Below, piece after piece: positions 23,400-37,000 of a DNA stretch of 64,000 bases. This stretch comes from Blasia pusilla. Lineage: Eukaryota. The first letter of the stretch is position 1. Each line of letters opens with the position of its first letter. The notes below the pieces were generated by a model that made no database searches, was not told the DNA's origin, and saw nothing but the letters and a program-made list of their open reading frames with translations. The DNA lies in NCBI GenBank assembly GCA_050084515.1, contig CM114271.1:24552001-24616000 (forward strand). Direction: 5' to 3'. A program made the position numbers and the translations under genes.

Positions 23400-26300
23400 C
23401 CTGTACTACATACAAATTATCGGGTCTTCTTGAGTACTCATCGGTTTGACTACCCTCCGCAACATATCGCTCTTCATCCAACAGACTATCAAGTATGACA
23501 TCTGCAGTGGTTCTCTTTGTAGTAGTGCTGATTTTGTAGTTCTTATGTGGCCTTGTATCAACCAGAGGCCATTCGATCGATCTGAGTATTCTCCTTAGTT
23601 GCCTCGCTTTCATATTGGCTCACGATAGCCCAAATCAAGATGATCACCCGTGATCCGATTCCAATTCCGCCTCCATGTTCTGATATTTTGATCGTTTCAC
23701 TCTGGGAAAGGACTCCACCTGATTCATTGTTGCTTGGGGTTGATTCTTCCGTGTGGAACGTGTGGAATGTGAATTCCTTCTCTGATGCATCCGCTCAAAC
23801 CAACCCATCCGCCAACGCAGCCGACGATCTTGAGAATTGCCTCCAACAAAGGGTTCAGGGAAGTGTTGTCCAATGTTCATTACATTTTTTGGAAGTTCTG
23901 TGTTCGTCTCTATCCGCGCCTTCAGGTTCAGAAGTGAGTCCATATCCTTCTACAAAAGTACATACAAATGTTCAAGAAGAACACTGCAGAATGGGACTCC
24001 AATGGTTGTGGCCAAGCATTTTTCCACCATCTCTCGAACATCTTCCTGAGTTGTTGCTTGTGATACAACAATCAGGAGTAGTAGCTTGCACCTCTTCTGG
24101 ATAACCAACACCGTAAGACAAGTCTGATTCCACTGGTGTGTCTCCATGTTGCTCCTATGCATGCCTTTGCACCATGTTTTCCAACCCACCAGCTTTGCTA
24201 CCAAAACGTGTGCCAAGGAAAGACAACAACTCTACTTCAGAGTGCCCACTCAACAGTAAGCACTTCACTTGATACAATTAAAAAAGTCTCAGTAGGCTGC
24301 ATGTAAAATCCTCGTACATCTAGTGCAAGAATAAGACATACTTAATACATAGGACTGTTTGATTTCAGGTGGGACTATAGCTTGGTCACCAAATCTGGGA
24401 TGCAAGAAACACACCTGATGTTTGCACGTGAATCCTTCATTGACACGAGAGCATGTACAAGCAACATCTTTCTTGTCGTAGTCAACCACATCATGCCAAT
24501 AGTCGGGCTTGGAGCAACTCTTCACCATTGCAGATTTCCTCCCATCTACCAATTGAAATGTGACATGACTCTCTGGGATATCATTTGCCCTTCTAATAGC
24601 CATGAGAATGACTTTCTGGATTGCCTTGTTCCTCACCATACCCTCTCGTTTCAAAAATCCCAAGTACCAAAAGAAATCTTCTATTTCCCCGCATAAGATC
24701 TGCACAAGCCATATGAGCTTCCTGGTGGGTTTTGTAGGCATGCTAGAAGTGAGATGCATCTTCAGAGTGTGGTGCCACCTTTCTATCGCGGCATTTGTAT
24801 CTTGGTTGGATCTTGCATGCTTACGATAGCCCTTTGCCCAAGTAACAATCTTAGGATGCCAATAGTTTAAATAGTATTTCACAAAGTGACGTTCAGTTGC
24901 AGCCCACTTGCGCATGAAACGATACGAGACATCCACAGGATCTGGGACAGACAACCATTGCTTAATTAATATGAACCCTACTCCCACAACGGACATAGCT
25001 GAGAAACAATGAAACAAACTACTATTATTGACTCACATAGAACATACCTTCTTCACGTGAGTACATGATACCACCCAAGTCCCTGTTCATGTCTGCTTTT
25101 GTAATTGGACAACGGACTCGTTGGTGCAATTTCTTTAACCAATTCTTCCTGACATGCCATAGACACAGGTCTATGGGAACATCAGGGAAGACTTCTCTGA
25201 TTGCAGATTGTTCCTCTTTGGAGTCGTCAACTATGAAGCATGACGGTTTCCAACCGGGGCTACCAACCGACGCAAAATCTCTTGTCATATATGTATCTGC
25301 CCAATCCTTGATATGGGCCAATGCATCCACTAGATCCCGATGTTGATGCCTCTGTAAAATGGCCCATACTAGAGGTAATCCGTTCTGAAACTTGTCAAAA
25401 CCCAGCAACGTGAATAGCTGATACTGTGAACATAGAAAAGAGTGTGTTCAGGAATCCAATTGTTCATGTACATATCTATTAAAGTGAACACAACGTTCCA
25501 AATGTTACCATTTCTGCCAGATCGTGCAGCAATTTTCAAATGATAGCACAGAAGTAATGTAGCCTATAAACTCCTCTAAGAGAATGACATTACAGTTCTG
25601 AGGTCGTGAAATTACCTCATATGTGTTTGTGCCATGAGTGGCATCCATGGAGATGGCTCCACCGTTACCAAGATGCAAAAGATTCTGAAGCATCCAAGGT
25701 GTAGAAATGACCAGGATGAAAGGTTGGCTTAAACTTGAAATGGCCTCCCTGTAGTGTATGACATTTTCAAGATGAGCTGCAACCCAATGTTGGATTGCAG
25801 TGGCGTCATCGGTTCCATCATACCCCCCTTCGCGTCTTCGCATTGAATGCTTGATATTAAGGATGTCTTGTGGTTTTAACATAGCGTCCCTGCCCCAAGC
25901 TTGTGCCTCATTAGGATTATCGAGAATGTGTTCACGAATCCATCTCCTATGCTCCTTCATGATATTTAAGAGGCTCACGTTTACTCGCAATAATCGTTCA
26001 ACAAAATCCCTACAATGAGAACTCAACTTCGGGGAAACAATAGCATTCGCAATGTCCGCAGTCCTGTATAAGTCCCCATGGCATATACAGCCCGCCTTAT
26101 CGACATGCTTGGAATGCATATGCCTCAACATAGAACACCCAGGGCGGTCCTTTGAGGTTACAACGGCAAAGTGAAATTGGCATCCACGTCCCTGAGACAG
26201 CCCAAGCCGTGTACTTTGGCTTTCTGGCCTACTACCCTTACCTCCCTTGCAGTGCAGGTTTGAATCAAAAACCTCACTTGGCAGAGAGGTCCAGACGGTA

Positions 26301-26571
26301 TTCCTATGATCCTGGGGTCCATATGAACACGATGATCGAATCTATGTAACATGTATGTTCCCTGATTTGTCGGTATTCCTTTCCTAAATGTGGTCCGGAA
26401 ATGTGGTCTTTGTTCTTCACCATGAATGAAGTCTTCAACCCTATCTGAGGGAATCCATGCCTCTTTTCTATTGCCATACCAAATCAAATGCTCGCTCAAA
26501 AAAGGACCAGGGAGAGGGTTTTGGATAACATCGCATTCAAATGCAGCTGAATATTTCTTGAATTTCACCAT
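23400..26571 (-). pseudogene. MULE transposase (DDE + SWIM), spliced, frameshifted near its 5' end
   Basis: ISMDATHGTN, CFIVDD, LCLWHV, NAAIERWH, SWIM CTCSRVNEGFTCKH. Exons approx. 26571-25616, 25423-25048, 24941-24415; later exons uncertain. Confidence 0.88.
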
Positions 26572-27226
26572 GGCTATAAGCTGTTCAGGGATTCAAGTGC
26601 AGGCTCCAATTAAAGTGCAGACTTCAAGTGCAGGCTTAAAGTGTGAATTCTGTCCATTCGACCTGGGCAAGACCGGACAGTACATAAATGGAACCGAACA
26701 CCAAAATTATAGTGCACATAATAATAGACATGTTTTCCTGGATTACGATCTAAGCTTTTATCTATCACCATGGCTGAATGTGTGGCACCGATAGCTACTT
26801 ACGTGCAAATTGGAAAATGATACTCACGGACGCAAACAATCTCTTACATGAAAGTTACGGAGTGGACCCCATCCGCCTAATCCGGCTTGAAATCCGCGGT
26901 CCGCAGCTCGCAGCAGTTCGACTTAGAACTAATCAAGCTCGTAATGAAATGCTAATACGCTGATAATCAGCTAATCACGGTCTCTGCTCTTCCTCGTTCC
27001 GTGTTTCTCCTCGTGCGCCCTTCGTCTAGCCACGTTCCGGGTCTTCCGCTCGTAATCAAATGCTAATCCCTCCGTGTTCGGTTTCTACCGCTCTTCTCCG
27101 TTCGTTCCAAAATGATCGAATCCCCTAATTCCCGCCCTAATACCCGTCGACAAATTCTGTCATTTGAACTGGACCGAACGTAGTACGGACGGACGCCGTC
27201 CGTCCGATTAGCGCCGTCTCGTTTTG

Positions 27227-27461
27227 ATCCGTCCGTCTCCGGACGGCGTCCTCCCTGTCCTCCGTCGCGACCTCTTTACCCTCCGTCGCGACCTCTCCAT
27301 CCTGGGGCTCCCAAACCTGAAACCTAGGCCCGACCCAGCTCGAGGTAGACGCTACCCTACGCGCCTTCAATGCGATTCCGGGACAAAGTATGGCCTTCGT
27401 ACATGGGCTCTCGAAACAAGTATTGCAAGGCCCTACCCTACCTTCATAAACGCTCATTAGA
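27227..27461 (-). repeat. MULE right TIR
   Basis: Inverted copy of 15290-15512 ending CGCTCATTAGA. Confidence 0.92.
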
Positions 27462-29029
27462 TGGGGAATTTGCTAGTGCATACCGTATCTTTCTTACACT
27501 TTTTTTCCATTCTTTGATGAGCCCGCGAATTCAGGTTCTCATTCCCTGTCCTACACGTGTTGGATTTTAGGGTTCGTCCTATTTTGTAGGGATTCCCCAC
27601 TATCTATGCGGATACTTCTCTACGTCTTTTATTTTGTTCATATCCTGTTTGGTGCTTGTGCTCTGCCGTAGACTTCCCCAGTGGTTTTCTAATCGTGTCC
27701 TGTACTTATCCATGTGGGGGGCCTTAGACTGCCTATGGATTCCCTGTCTTCTTTCACTTATCCAATTGGTGCATGCGCTAATGCTTTAGTTGACAGCTTG
27801 ACAGGCTTGTGTATCAGTGGAAATTGTAAAAGCTAGCGCTCGGCTCCAGAACTAACCTCCGTGCTCTATTGACACTCACGCCAGGGACGAGAACGTCCAA
27901 TGTTCAAGGCCGCTGGTTTACTGTAGCACACGACAGGGGAAACTGTCGGTGAGAATCACGAGATCGCCTATTGCCCAGTGTATTTCGATGGTTCCAAAAC
28001 CTCAGATGCTCAAAGCTCCGATCGCTTGGCCAGCTACTCATAACGTTTGGCATCGCGACTGGTACGCAAACGGAGGAGGGACCCAGTATTTGTAAAATAA
28101 TATGCACACGGAAGCATGGACGCAAAAAGTACAGAGGACAGGAATTGAGATCGATTGATTTGATTCCATTGTTAGATTTAGAAGGGTAGTTTCTCCACGG
28201 TTTCTCCGAGCTCTGATTGCAGCACCAGCTGTGCGTGACATCAGCCTTTACTGCTTCACTATGAGCCAACTATTCACAATTTCACATCCATTCACACGAG
28301 TGGATCTCCAACGGCCTTCAAATGCTGACTGTTTATTACGCATGAGAGGCTCCGTGAAATAAGAAGAAATCTGAAAGAAATCGCTTTCATCCTCACAGCC
28401 GCCACTTTCAATGATGATTTGTTCGTCTTCAAGATTTCAATTTGTTCACAGGAACTTGAAATCCTTAAAGTTTTCCACTGAGACTTCTGAGTGTTGCCAA
28501 GCGCGCAGGAGTCTTCAAACCAGCGTGAGGGTTTTGTACTTTCCGTTAATTGTAGGTCAAGATCAACTTCCGTCTATGAGGATTCATCGCCTCTCTTTAT
28601 AAAGAAAACTGACGACCTTACTTGGCCTTGCTCCCGCTTGGGTCTTGAGACAGAGCTATCATTATTCCCAGGCTAAAAGAGATGGGCAAAACAACCTCAT
28701 CTGAAGACGACAGATCCTAGGTCCCTGACCGTCTGTGGTACAAGACATTTCGCCAGGAAAGGTCTCATATGGCCAGTTTTTGGATCTGGCGGTTCTTCAA
28801 AGAATTGAGGCAGTAGGTTGCACGGCCCCACACTGGAGCCAAGAAAATCTCATGGGAGTGGCCCCCTTGGGATTGCCAGGGGTCAACAAACGCCTTGCTA
28901 TACTAATGCAAATGACCCGAGAGAACTTCAGCTTCCCCTTCGAAGGAGCTCATCGCCCATTTTTTTCTTGCTGTTTACTCAAAATTGAATTTCTTTTGAA
29001 ACTGTGCATAGAAATGCCACCGTTTATGC

Positions 29030-32000
29030 CTACTCACTGGTGTCGTTGTCACTGAGACTTACCACAACCCACCAAAAACTAACTGAGAAGCTTGCACTAA
29101 GAGATCTGACATAATGCCACCATTTCGGCGGAATGTACAGCATGTCTCCTTCCTCCAATATACAGTCTGCACCACACAACTTCTGAGCTCCTGGAAATTT
29201 CTTGTAGTCTGGATTATCAAGGTCCACCTACACACAATTGGCACAGATCATTCTTGTTAGCATTATGCACGTTTCACAAAGAAGATGAAGAGGGTGTTTT
29301 AGGCTAAATGCAGACGGCCACATATTTTTTGCTGACCCCATTGGTCAACATCTAGAATAAGGTCTTCAGTCTCATGGTATTAAGTTAACTAGATGAATCT
29401 GATGATCACATGAGCAAACTTTAACTCTCTCTGGATTTTTTCTGAGGGGCCCTGTTAACCTTTCCCAACTACACCACCTCCCGAGTTTGAAACTTGACAT
29501 AGGACTCTAGAAGAGCTCTAGCTTCAAGATGCATATTTGAAGAACATAATCATGATTCTTACGGTCATCTTGACGGAAATTCCAGGAACTCAGACACTAG
29601 CCCTGCGATTTGAGAACGCCTAGTCAGTAAAAGCAAGCCACACCTGAATTCACTGTAGGAGAATCTGATGACAGAGCAGCTACGCTATTAGAGGAAAGAG
29701 CAAACTCTAATATATTTATAATACTCGCTGACATTTTTTTCGAGGGCATACTTGGTGTTGGTACCCTGAACAGATAATCAGTGAGGAGAAGTAACAACAT
29801 ACGGCAAGGTAATCAAGGTAGAGCAGATTGAACATTTCCAAGACAAGAGTACCTGGAAGTTTACAAGGAAGGCAAGGCTGGAAGAAAATTTCCTAGCATT
29901 CGAATCTTTCATGGAATGTCCTGTCAAGACCTTTGGTTCTCAGGGATCACTGTGGAGACAATCTTGGCACAGTGGAAACAGAGTGGAAGATGTTGCTGAA
30001 ACTGCTATTTGAACAAAGATAGTCTGATGCATTAGATCTCTACAATGGTGTCCCAGAGCTAAAGGCAGTCATAGCCAATAAGAGGGAAATGTGCCTCCTA
30101 TGTCGAATGTGCAAGGGCAAAGACTCAGATAGGACCTGACGTGCAAAGTGGTACTTGGACTCCGAAGGAAGCCAATGGAGGAGAAAATTTCAGGAATGGA
30201 AAAGGTCAAAGAGACTGTTATTTCAACGGAGCAGGAGCTCCCATCAAAACACAATAAGCAATGAGGATTCCACAAGAAATGTAACCTTCTCTGCTGACTG
30301 TTTATCCTGGCCCATCAGAACTCCAGAAATAGTTTTTGGGGGGTTCCTGGGATCATTATGTACCATGCATAATGATATGGATAAGTCTAGTAGTCACTAT
30401 CTGGTTACTGGTACGAAACTGAGAACAGAAAGAGCAACCACGACTTCGAAATCACTAAGCTGTCACCACCACAGATGTTTATTCATGTTCGGTAGGCTAC
30501 ATTCACTGCCAAACCCCAAAGCTGTTGCACTTGTAAGTAATGTTTCTTTGGGTTTGGTCATGTTTCTTGGGCTCCAAACCCCAAGATGACTGTAACATGC
30601 GCATGAAATTTGCTACGCACCTGGCTAGAGTTGCTTAGCATCCCTTCAGTGAAAGGATAGAGTTGGTCAGAATCTTCAGGCGGGTAGAGCCTCACATATT
30701 TTTGTCCCACTACCTGCCCAAAAACAAAGCCCAAATGTCCAATTCTTCAAAACACGTACAATATTTACCTTAAAACAACTCCGGTAGCATAAGCAGAGAT
30801 TAAGTGATATTTTGAAGCCCTTGAGCACTATTTACCAAAATGATGAACATGGATGCAGACGAAGATGATTAATACACTGTCATATCCATGCGCAGAGGGC
30901 TCACTTGGGCAAAAAGATTATGGTGAGGATCGTTGTGCAGAGGTGTTACTGTTCCCGCTGGACCAAACCATGCGTTGATGCTTTTCATTTCACCACCTCC
31001 CAGACCACAGTAATCAGGAACTCTGATGTCCTGCATTAATTCAGGAATCTGCCATTCTAGGCCCACCCAGTCCAACCCTCATGTCATATCTTTCTGCTCC
31101 TCCATATTGAAAATCCAAAGCATCTTTGTCAAAAAACCAAAGCATTTTTCCCATTCATACTGGCAAGAACGTCTTCATTTAATTAGTTTCCAATCTGGAT
31201 TTCTTTCTCTGCATTTCTGACCTTCGAGAAAGTGTATAGCTTACTTTAAGGAAGTGAACCACACACAGTGTGCTACCCGAGGGTTCTAACTTCACCAACA
31301 TGTCTTGAACGAAACGCGAATGGAAAAGAGATTACAATTTCATAACCATGAACACAAAACCGGAGAGAGGGGAAACCTGGTCAAAGAGAGCATGCTGCGC
31401 AAGGTAGGGCCGAGTAGCCGGGATGATATCCGATGAAAAGCAGCGATCTAGCAGCTCTCCCACGGTCATCAACTCCTGCTTCCATCCTGCTGCCAGATAG
31501 TGCTCACCAACCTGATGACCCAGCATTAACTTTCAGAACTCACTTGATTACTGTGGTGACTTCTAATCAATGCTTCATGATGATTCATCCACAGAATGCC
31601 ATGCTGACGAGATTGAAAGGTTGAGAAACCCCCTACATTCGAGTGATCAACAAGTGTACACTGCGTGAAGCTATTCCTTTTCTCACTGTCAATGCAACAA
31701 GTGACTTGACACTCTTCTCTGCTCACCCCAAGGCCATTCAATTTTGAAGCCCCACGTAGATTATCCAGGGCTAAGATCAACCATCATCAGCAGGACCTTC
31801 CTGAATAGCAAGCTTCGAAGAGAAACCCACCCCCTACATGAGATTTTTAACTTGCAATTTTCAGAAGACAAAAGTTACCTCAACGGGAACAGTGCGATTT
31901 CCGGCAACTCCTCGCAAATATTCCAAATCCCTCCATTTCGTAGCTGCTGGCCAGTGGGACATGGCATTCTTGATCACTACTGGCGTGCCAGAAATAAAAA

Positions 32001-33081
32001 AATCACGAGCAAAAGCTTCGAGAGAAGGAAGCCGCCTCTGTTTTATACTCGTTTGATGCAGAGAACCAGGAGGCAACCGTTTGATCACCTGCGAACCAAT
32101 CCTTTAGCATCCTTAATCCATCACTTCACGCTCTCTCTAACAGCAAACCATGGGCGGTGATTCTACAGCAAAACTACAGACGCCCGTCGCCTGATCCGAC
32201 AACACCCCCACAAGGACATGCCATTTCTCCGGGGAACAAAACCCCGGGCCCTTGTTTCAAGATGCAAGAAAGAAGGCTGAATCCCTCATGGATTTGGTCT
32301 GATTCCTTGCACATTGAAACAAGGTCCCGTGATTCCGGCGATCGGAGAAGAGCGATTCTGCCGACGCTTGCAGCTCCAAAGCCGAAACACCTGTGAGGCA
32401 TTTTACATCCACCCTCGCAGCAGTCCATCCTCAGAAAGAGAGGAAACCCGGGAAATTCTCAAATTCAATCCCAGGATCTCAGCCATTCGAACGAGCGGGT
32501 GTGGGAAGCAGGCGTACCTCGGCGTGATTGTTGAGCTCGCTCCTAAATCTCTTTGACTCTGATAAGCCTTCCTTCTGGCACTGGGGATCCTCCTCTTCTC
32601 CTAACATCTTCCGCTTACGGAAACACCGCTGGCCGGTCGCGAGAGGCGTCATCGAGCTCCTCCCAGCTGCCCCCGAGAGGTCCGAATTGTCAACAAAAGC
32701 GGCGAGCGGACGACTTCCATCTCGCAGAGGAGAATTGCTGCTGAGTCCCTCTTCAATGGAAGCAATTGCGCTTTCCAGCTTGGGGCGCAACGCTGAGCCT
32801 CCCATGAGCAGACCCATATCCAGTTGCTTCAGCGCCGTCGCGAGCTTGCCCTCCCTTCGAAGACTCGCGGACAGGAAGAGGCTGGAGAGAGAGTAAGCGT
32901 CTCGCCAGGCGGCGTGTACTTCGTGCCATGGCCCGGAGTGCAGCTGCTCCCATGCAACGTCATGAATCTCCTCCGCAGCCCTGCGATCTCCACTTTCGGC
33001 CAACCCCACCAGAGCCACAAATGCAAACCCTCCCTGTTTGCGCACTTCCTGGAGCAGCTTCTCCGTCTCTGGCTCCCCCAT
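29030..33081 (-). CDS. JMJ30: JmjC-domain 2-oxoglutarate/Fe(II) dioxygenase, JMJD5/KDM8 group (JMJ30-like)
   Basis: GT-AG exons 33081-32518, 32088-31879, 31511-31377, 31048-30905, 30713-30621, 29227-29030. Motifs [48 protein letters not shown] (HxD), [24 protein letters not shown] donor near 29062 could alter the last few residues. Confidence 0.93.
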
Positions 33082-33209
33082 GCCACAAATTCACACAGCC
33101 ACGCTCTCTCCTCTCATGAATCAGCGCGTCAAATCGACACCAACGAGCACTTCCTTCTCTGCCTCCGCCCCATGCCACAAATGCACCCACGCACGCTTCC
33201 TCCACTCCC

Positions 33210-33251
33210 GAATCGCTGCGTCAAATTTCGTCGAATTTGACGCAGCGATTC
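33210..33251. other. Perfect 18-bp-stem inverted repeat upstream of the JMJ30-like ATG, next to a telo-box-like AAACCCTAAACCC
   Basis: GAATCGCTGCGTCAAATT-tcgtcg-AATTTGACGCAGCGATTC. Confidence 0.9.
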
Positions 33252-33604
33252 TAAACCCTAAACCCGCCAACACCCTGCACCGATTCCTTCCAAGAACATC
33301 TCTCTCTGTCCATCTGTTGGAACCTCTGCCCATCCATTCCTTCATTCTTTCTTACTTTCTTTCTTATCACTCACTATGCAGTTCTGCTCTACTTCCTTCA
33401 TGTACCAGATTCCATGCACAACGCTCTCTCCCCCATCTCTTTGAACATCTCCCCATCCATTACTTCATTCTTTCTCTTTCTTTCTTATCACTCACTACTG
33501 CTCTCATGTACCAGATTCCATGAACAACGCTCCCTCCCCATCTGCCCATCCATTCCTTCCTTCTCTACCTCATGTGCCATGGAGTAGTTAGTCTAGGTGC
33601 ATAA

Positions 33605-34090
33605 ACACTAGTGTATATGTGTCCATCCATTCCTTCATTTTTTTTACGGTTCACTAATGTTCTACCCCATCTATATTATTATTGGAGAGTCTTTTCTTGA
33701 TTTATAAATATTTTTTTTTCATAACTGACAATTGGACAATAAAAAAATATTTCATATGTTATGAACAGCAAGAAAAAAATTTGAATCATCAATTCATTCA
33801 TTGGCAGTACACTAGTGTATGTGTGTCCATCCATTCCTTCATTCTTTTTATGGTTCACTAATGTTCTACCCCATCTATATTATTATTGGAAAGTCTCTTC
33901 TTGATTTGCAAATATTTCTTTGTTTCACAAGTGGCAATTGGAGAATAAAAAAATATTTCATATGCTACGGGCATCAAAAAAAAAAAATTGAAATTGTTTG
34001 CAATATCATTAATCTTTTCATGTGCTATACACTAGCAAAAGCCCTTAAAACACTTTTTTTATTTCCCGTGCAACGCTTGGCACCTTATTT
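33605..34090 (+). repeat. ~205-bp direct duplication containing Helitron-like 5' ends
   Basis: ACACTAGTGTAT.TGTGTCCATCCATTCCTTCATT...CCCCATCTATATTATTATTGGA at ~33605 and ~33809; CCCGTGCAACGC near 34065 resembles a Helitron 3' hairpin remnant. Confidence 0.65.
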
Positions 34091-37000
34091 TTGTACCATA
34101 GAATCATTAGTCTAGATTCATAAACATTAGTGTGGATTAATCATGATTCACACCGATCTGTAAGTGCACTTGTTGTCTTCAAGAGGGTTTTTTTTCTGCC
34201 CTAAGTATGAAAAGTATTTCCGTCTTGTTTAAATGTAATGTGTCTTCTTTCTTGCTTCCCGTAGCATGTGAAATATTTTCTTGTTGCCTAGTTGCCACAT
34301 GTCAAACGAAGAGGTGTTTGCAAATCAAGAAGGCACTCTCCCATAATAATATAAATGATAACATTAAATTAGTGGACATGCGGTGAATAAAGTTTAATGT
34401 TCAAAAAGATAACAAAAAATAAGAAACTAGAATTTTCTTACAATACGTCTAACTTGGCTTAGGAAAATTTTCATATATTTTCATTTTTTAATTTTGGAAA
34501 AATACATTTATCCCTTTTCCAATCCCCATCTTTCAATAAGTTGAAGAAAATCACTCGTTTTGATGTTTTTTTCCCAAAAGAGGGATTACAATTTTCTCCC
34601 AATCAAACATGAAAAAAAATAGTGTACAAAGAAGATTTCTTTCAATTTTCTTAAGAGTATTTCCTGTCCCCATTAGCGTCCCTTTATCCTTTTCACTTTT
34701 CCCCAAAGTATGGATGAATTTTCCCTCAAAAAAATTTCTAATTAATTTTTGTTATAAAATTTTTTGCATGAAACTTTTTAAAATAATTTTTAATTTTCAA
34801 ATCATAAAAGATAATAAAAATGAGGGAGACCCTAAGAGAATTTATTATTAATAAAATTAATAATTCCTAAAAGTAACCTAATTATTAAAACCTTCCCCAT
34901 TCTTGTTTTTTGTTTATTATAGGGTAAAATTTTCAAAAAAAGAAAACATGAAGCGGATTCATGGACAAACTAGATATCGTTCATTTATTGGTCTTCAGAG
35001 TGAGAAAACGTACTAAATAGTTTGAAAATTAAGAAGGTGTTCTCCCATAACACTTTGTCTCTAAAATATTTTCTACACGTAATATAAAAATTATTTTCTT
35101 GTTCTCCGAGTGCCACGTGTCAATTAAAGGTGCAATTGAAAATCAGAAAGGTGTTCTCCCTAAATAATATAGATGGCTTCTTTTCCCCTTATTTCCTCTC
35201 TTCCTTTACTAAACACTAAATTTCCTTTGGATTTCATGTCCATCTTTATATTCATGTTTTGTTTCCTTATACTAAAGAGTTGTTTGCACTCTCTTCCTCT
35301 CACTAAATTAGGGTCTAGTTTTTTTTCATTTTTAGGGTGTGGCCTTAGTGTTCCCAAACCTTAGTCCCCTCCTTGTATTTCCGATGAGTTCTTTCCCCTT
35401 CTTTTATTCATGTTTTGTATCCTCTTATTGAATTCGTTGTACAAACTACTTGTTTGTGCTCTTTCCTTCCTACCAAATTGGCATTCCCTCTTTCTTTCTT
35501 TCTTTTCTTTTTTAGGATATGGCCTTAAGTTTCCCCAAGTCTTGATCCCCTCCTTCTATTTCCGTTGGGTTCTCTCCTCTTCTTTATGGCCCTCACTAGT
35601 AGTCGATTTCGAGGGCATATGTTACAAAATTAAATTTATTTTGCAAGTAACTTCTCAACCGTCCAATGTGAATAGAGATGTGATTACAACCCTCACTAGT
35701 AGTCAATTCCAAGTGCAGATGCTGCATTCGGAATGCAAGTTATTTTGCAAGTAATTTCTCAACCATACGATGTGAATAGAGATGTGAGCCGTAATAAAAA
35801 CATCTGAACTCACTCTGTATAAGTTAGATATTTTTGTGCTAATAATTTCTCTCTTATTTCTCCACATAATGTTACTCCCCCGTCTTCCGTTTCTCCACGC
35901 GGTGTTACCCCCGTGTTTATGCCCCTCCATGCGGTTAGCATTTCTCTTGTCATGTTGTTAGTGTTGTGTTAGTGCTTATTAGAGACTAACACGGAGTATT
36001 TTTTAACATAATGCGTAAAAAAATATTAATACAGCATGTTTAAATGCCGTAATTTTGGTTTTAAAAAACCCAAAACCAGGGCCGCATTACTAGTTCATCC
36101 ATGTTTTGAATCCTCTTACTCAATTCATTTCATGAACTAGTTGTTTGTACTCTCTCCTATTATGTTTAAAAATAGCGGATCCATTTTTTGGTCTCTATTG
36201 TTGGATATGCTAGTGAGTACCTCATATATCAAAGATTGGTCCATGACAAAACCATTATTTTTTCCCCTCCTTTTCTCCCTCCCTCTTATTTAAGTTCATT
36301 TCCATCTCCTTCTTCTAATGGAAAAATTATTTCCTTGATTTAATGGTTATTCATAATAATAGAAAATGAATGGTTAGAGCAAAGTGCTTTTGCACAAGAA
36401 TTTTCACTATTGGTATTCATTTTGCATAGGCAAATTCTCTCTAGAAGATTTTCTTATTGTTTCATGTAATGAACTAATTTTCCATTTACCATAATGTTAT
36501 GTATCAAGCAAGTAGACTTTTCAAATGTCACCTGCTCGCTATAGGGTAGATGGAAAATATATATCCACTCCCATGCTAATAGATCTAGAATTTAAGAAAA
36601 ATATGGCTTCTCTAATATAAAATTTTAATAAAAGAATGTATGGAAAAATTAATTATTTGTGTTATACGCAAATGTTTTAGAGTAAGTTTTTTGGTCTGCC
36701 AAACATTTTCTAAAATTTGGCGACAAACTTTAAATCTTGATGCAAACATATGAAGTAAAAATTAAATGGGGAATGTAGGGGTGAGAATCAAAAGGATGCA
36801 TGGTATTTCTACTATTTCCTAGAGTATTATAACTTTTCACCATTTGGAAAAAAATAAATCTTAAATTTTCTCCTTCCATCAATCCCATTCTAGAAGAATT
36901 TATTTTTCATCATTTGTTAATCTCTATTAAACATTTACAAAGAATGAATAATTGGTTATGATTTAGTATAGTTCCTTGCAATCTACATTTATTAGTAGTT

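Larger units (their letters stand above)
15290..27461 (-). mobile_element. Mutator-like (MULE) DNA transposon, ~12.2 kb
   Basis: Long terminal inverted repeats enclose a MULE-type DDE/SWIM transposase. No TSD recognisable at the visible ends. Confidence 0.85.
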
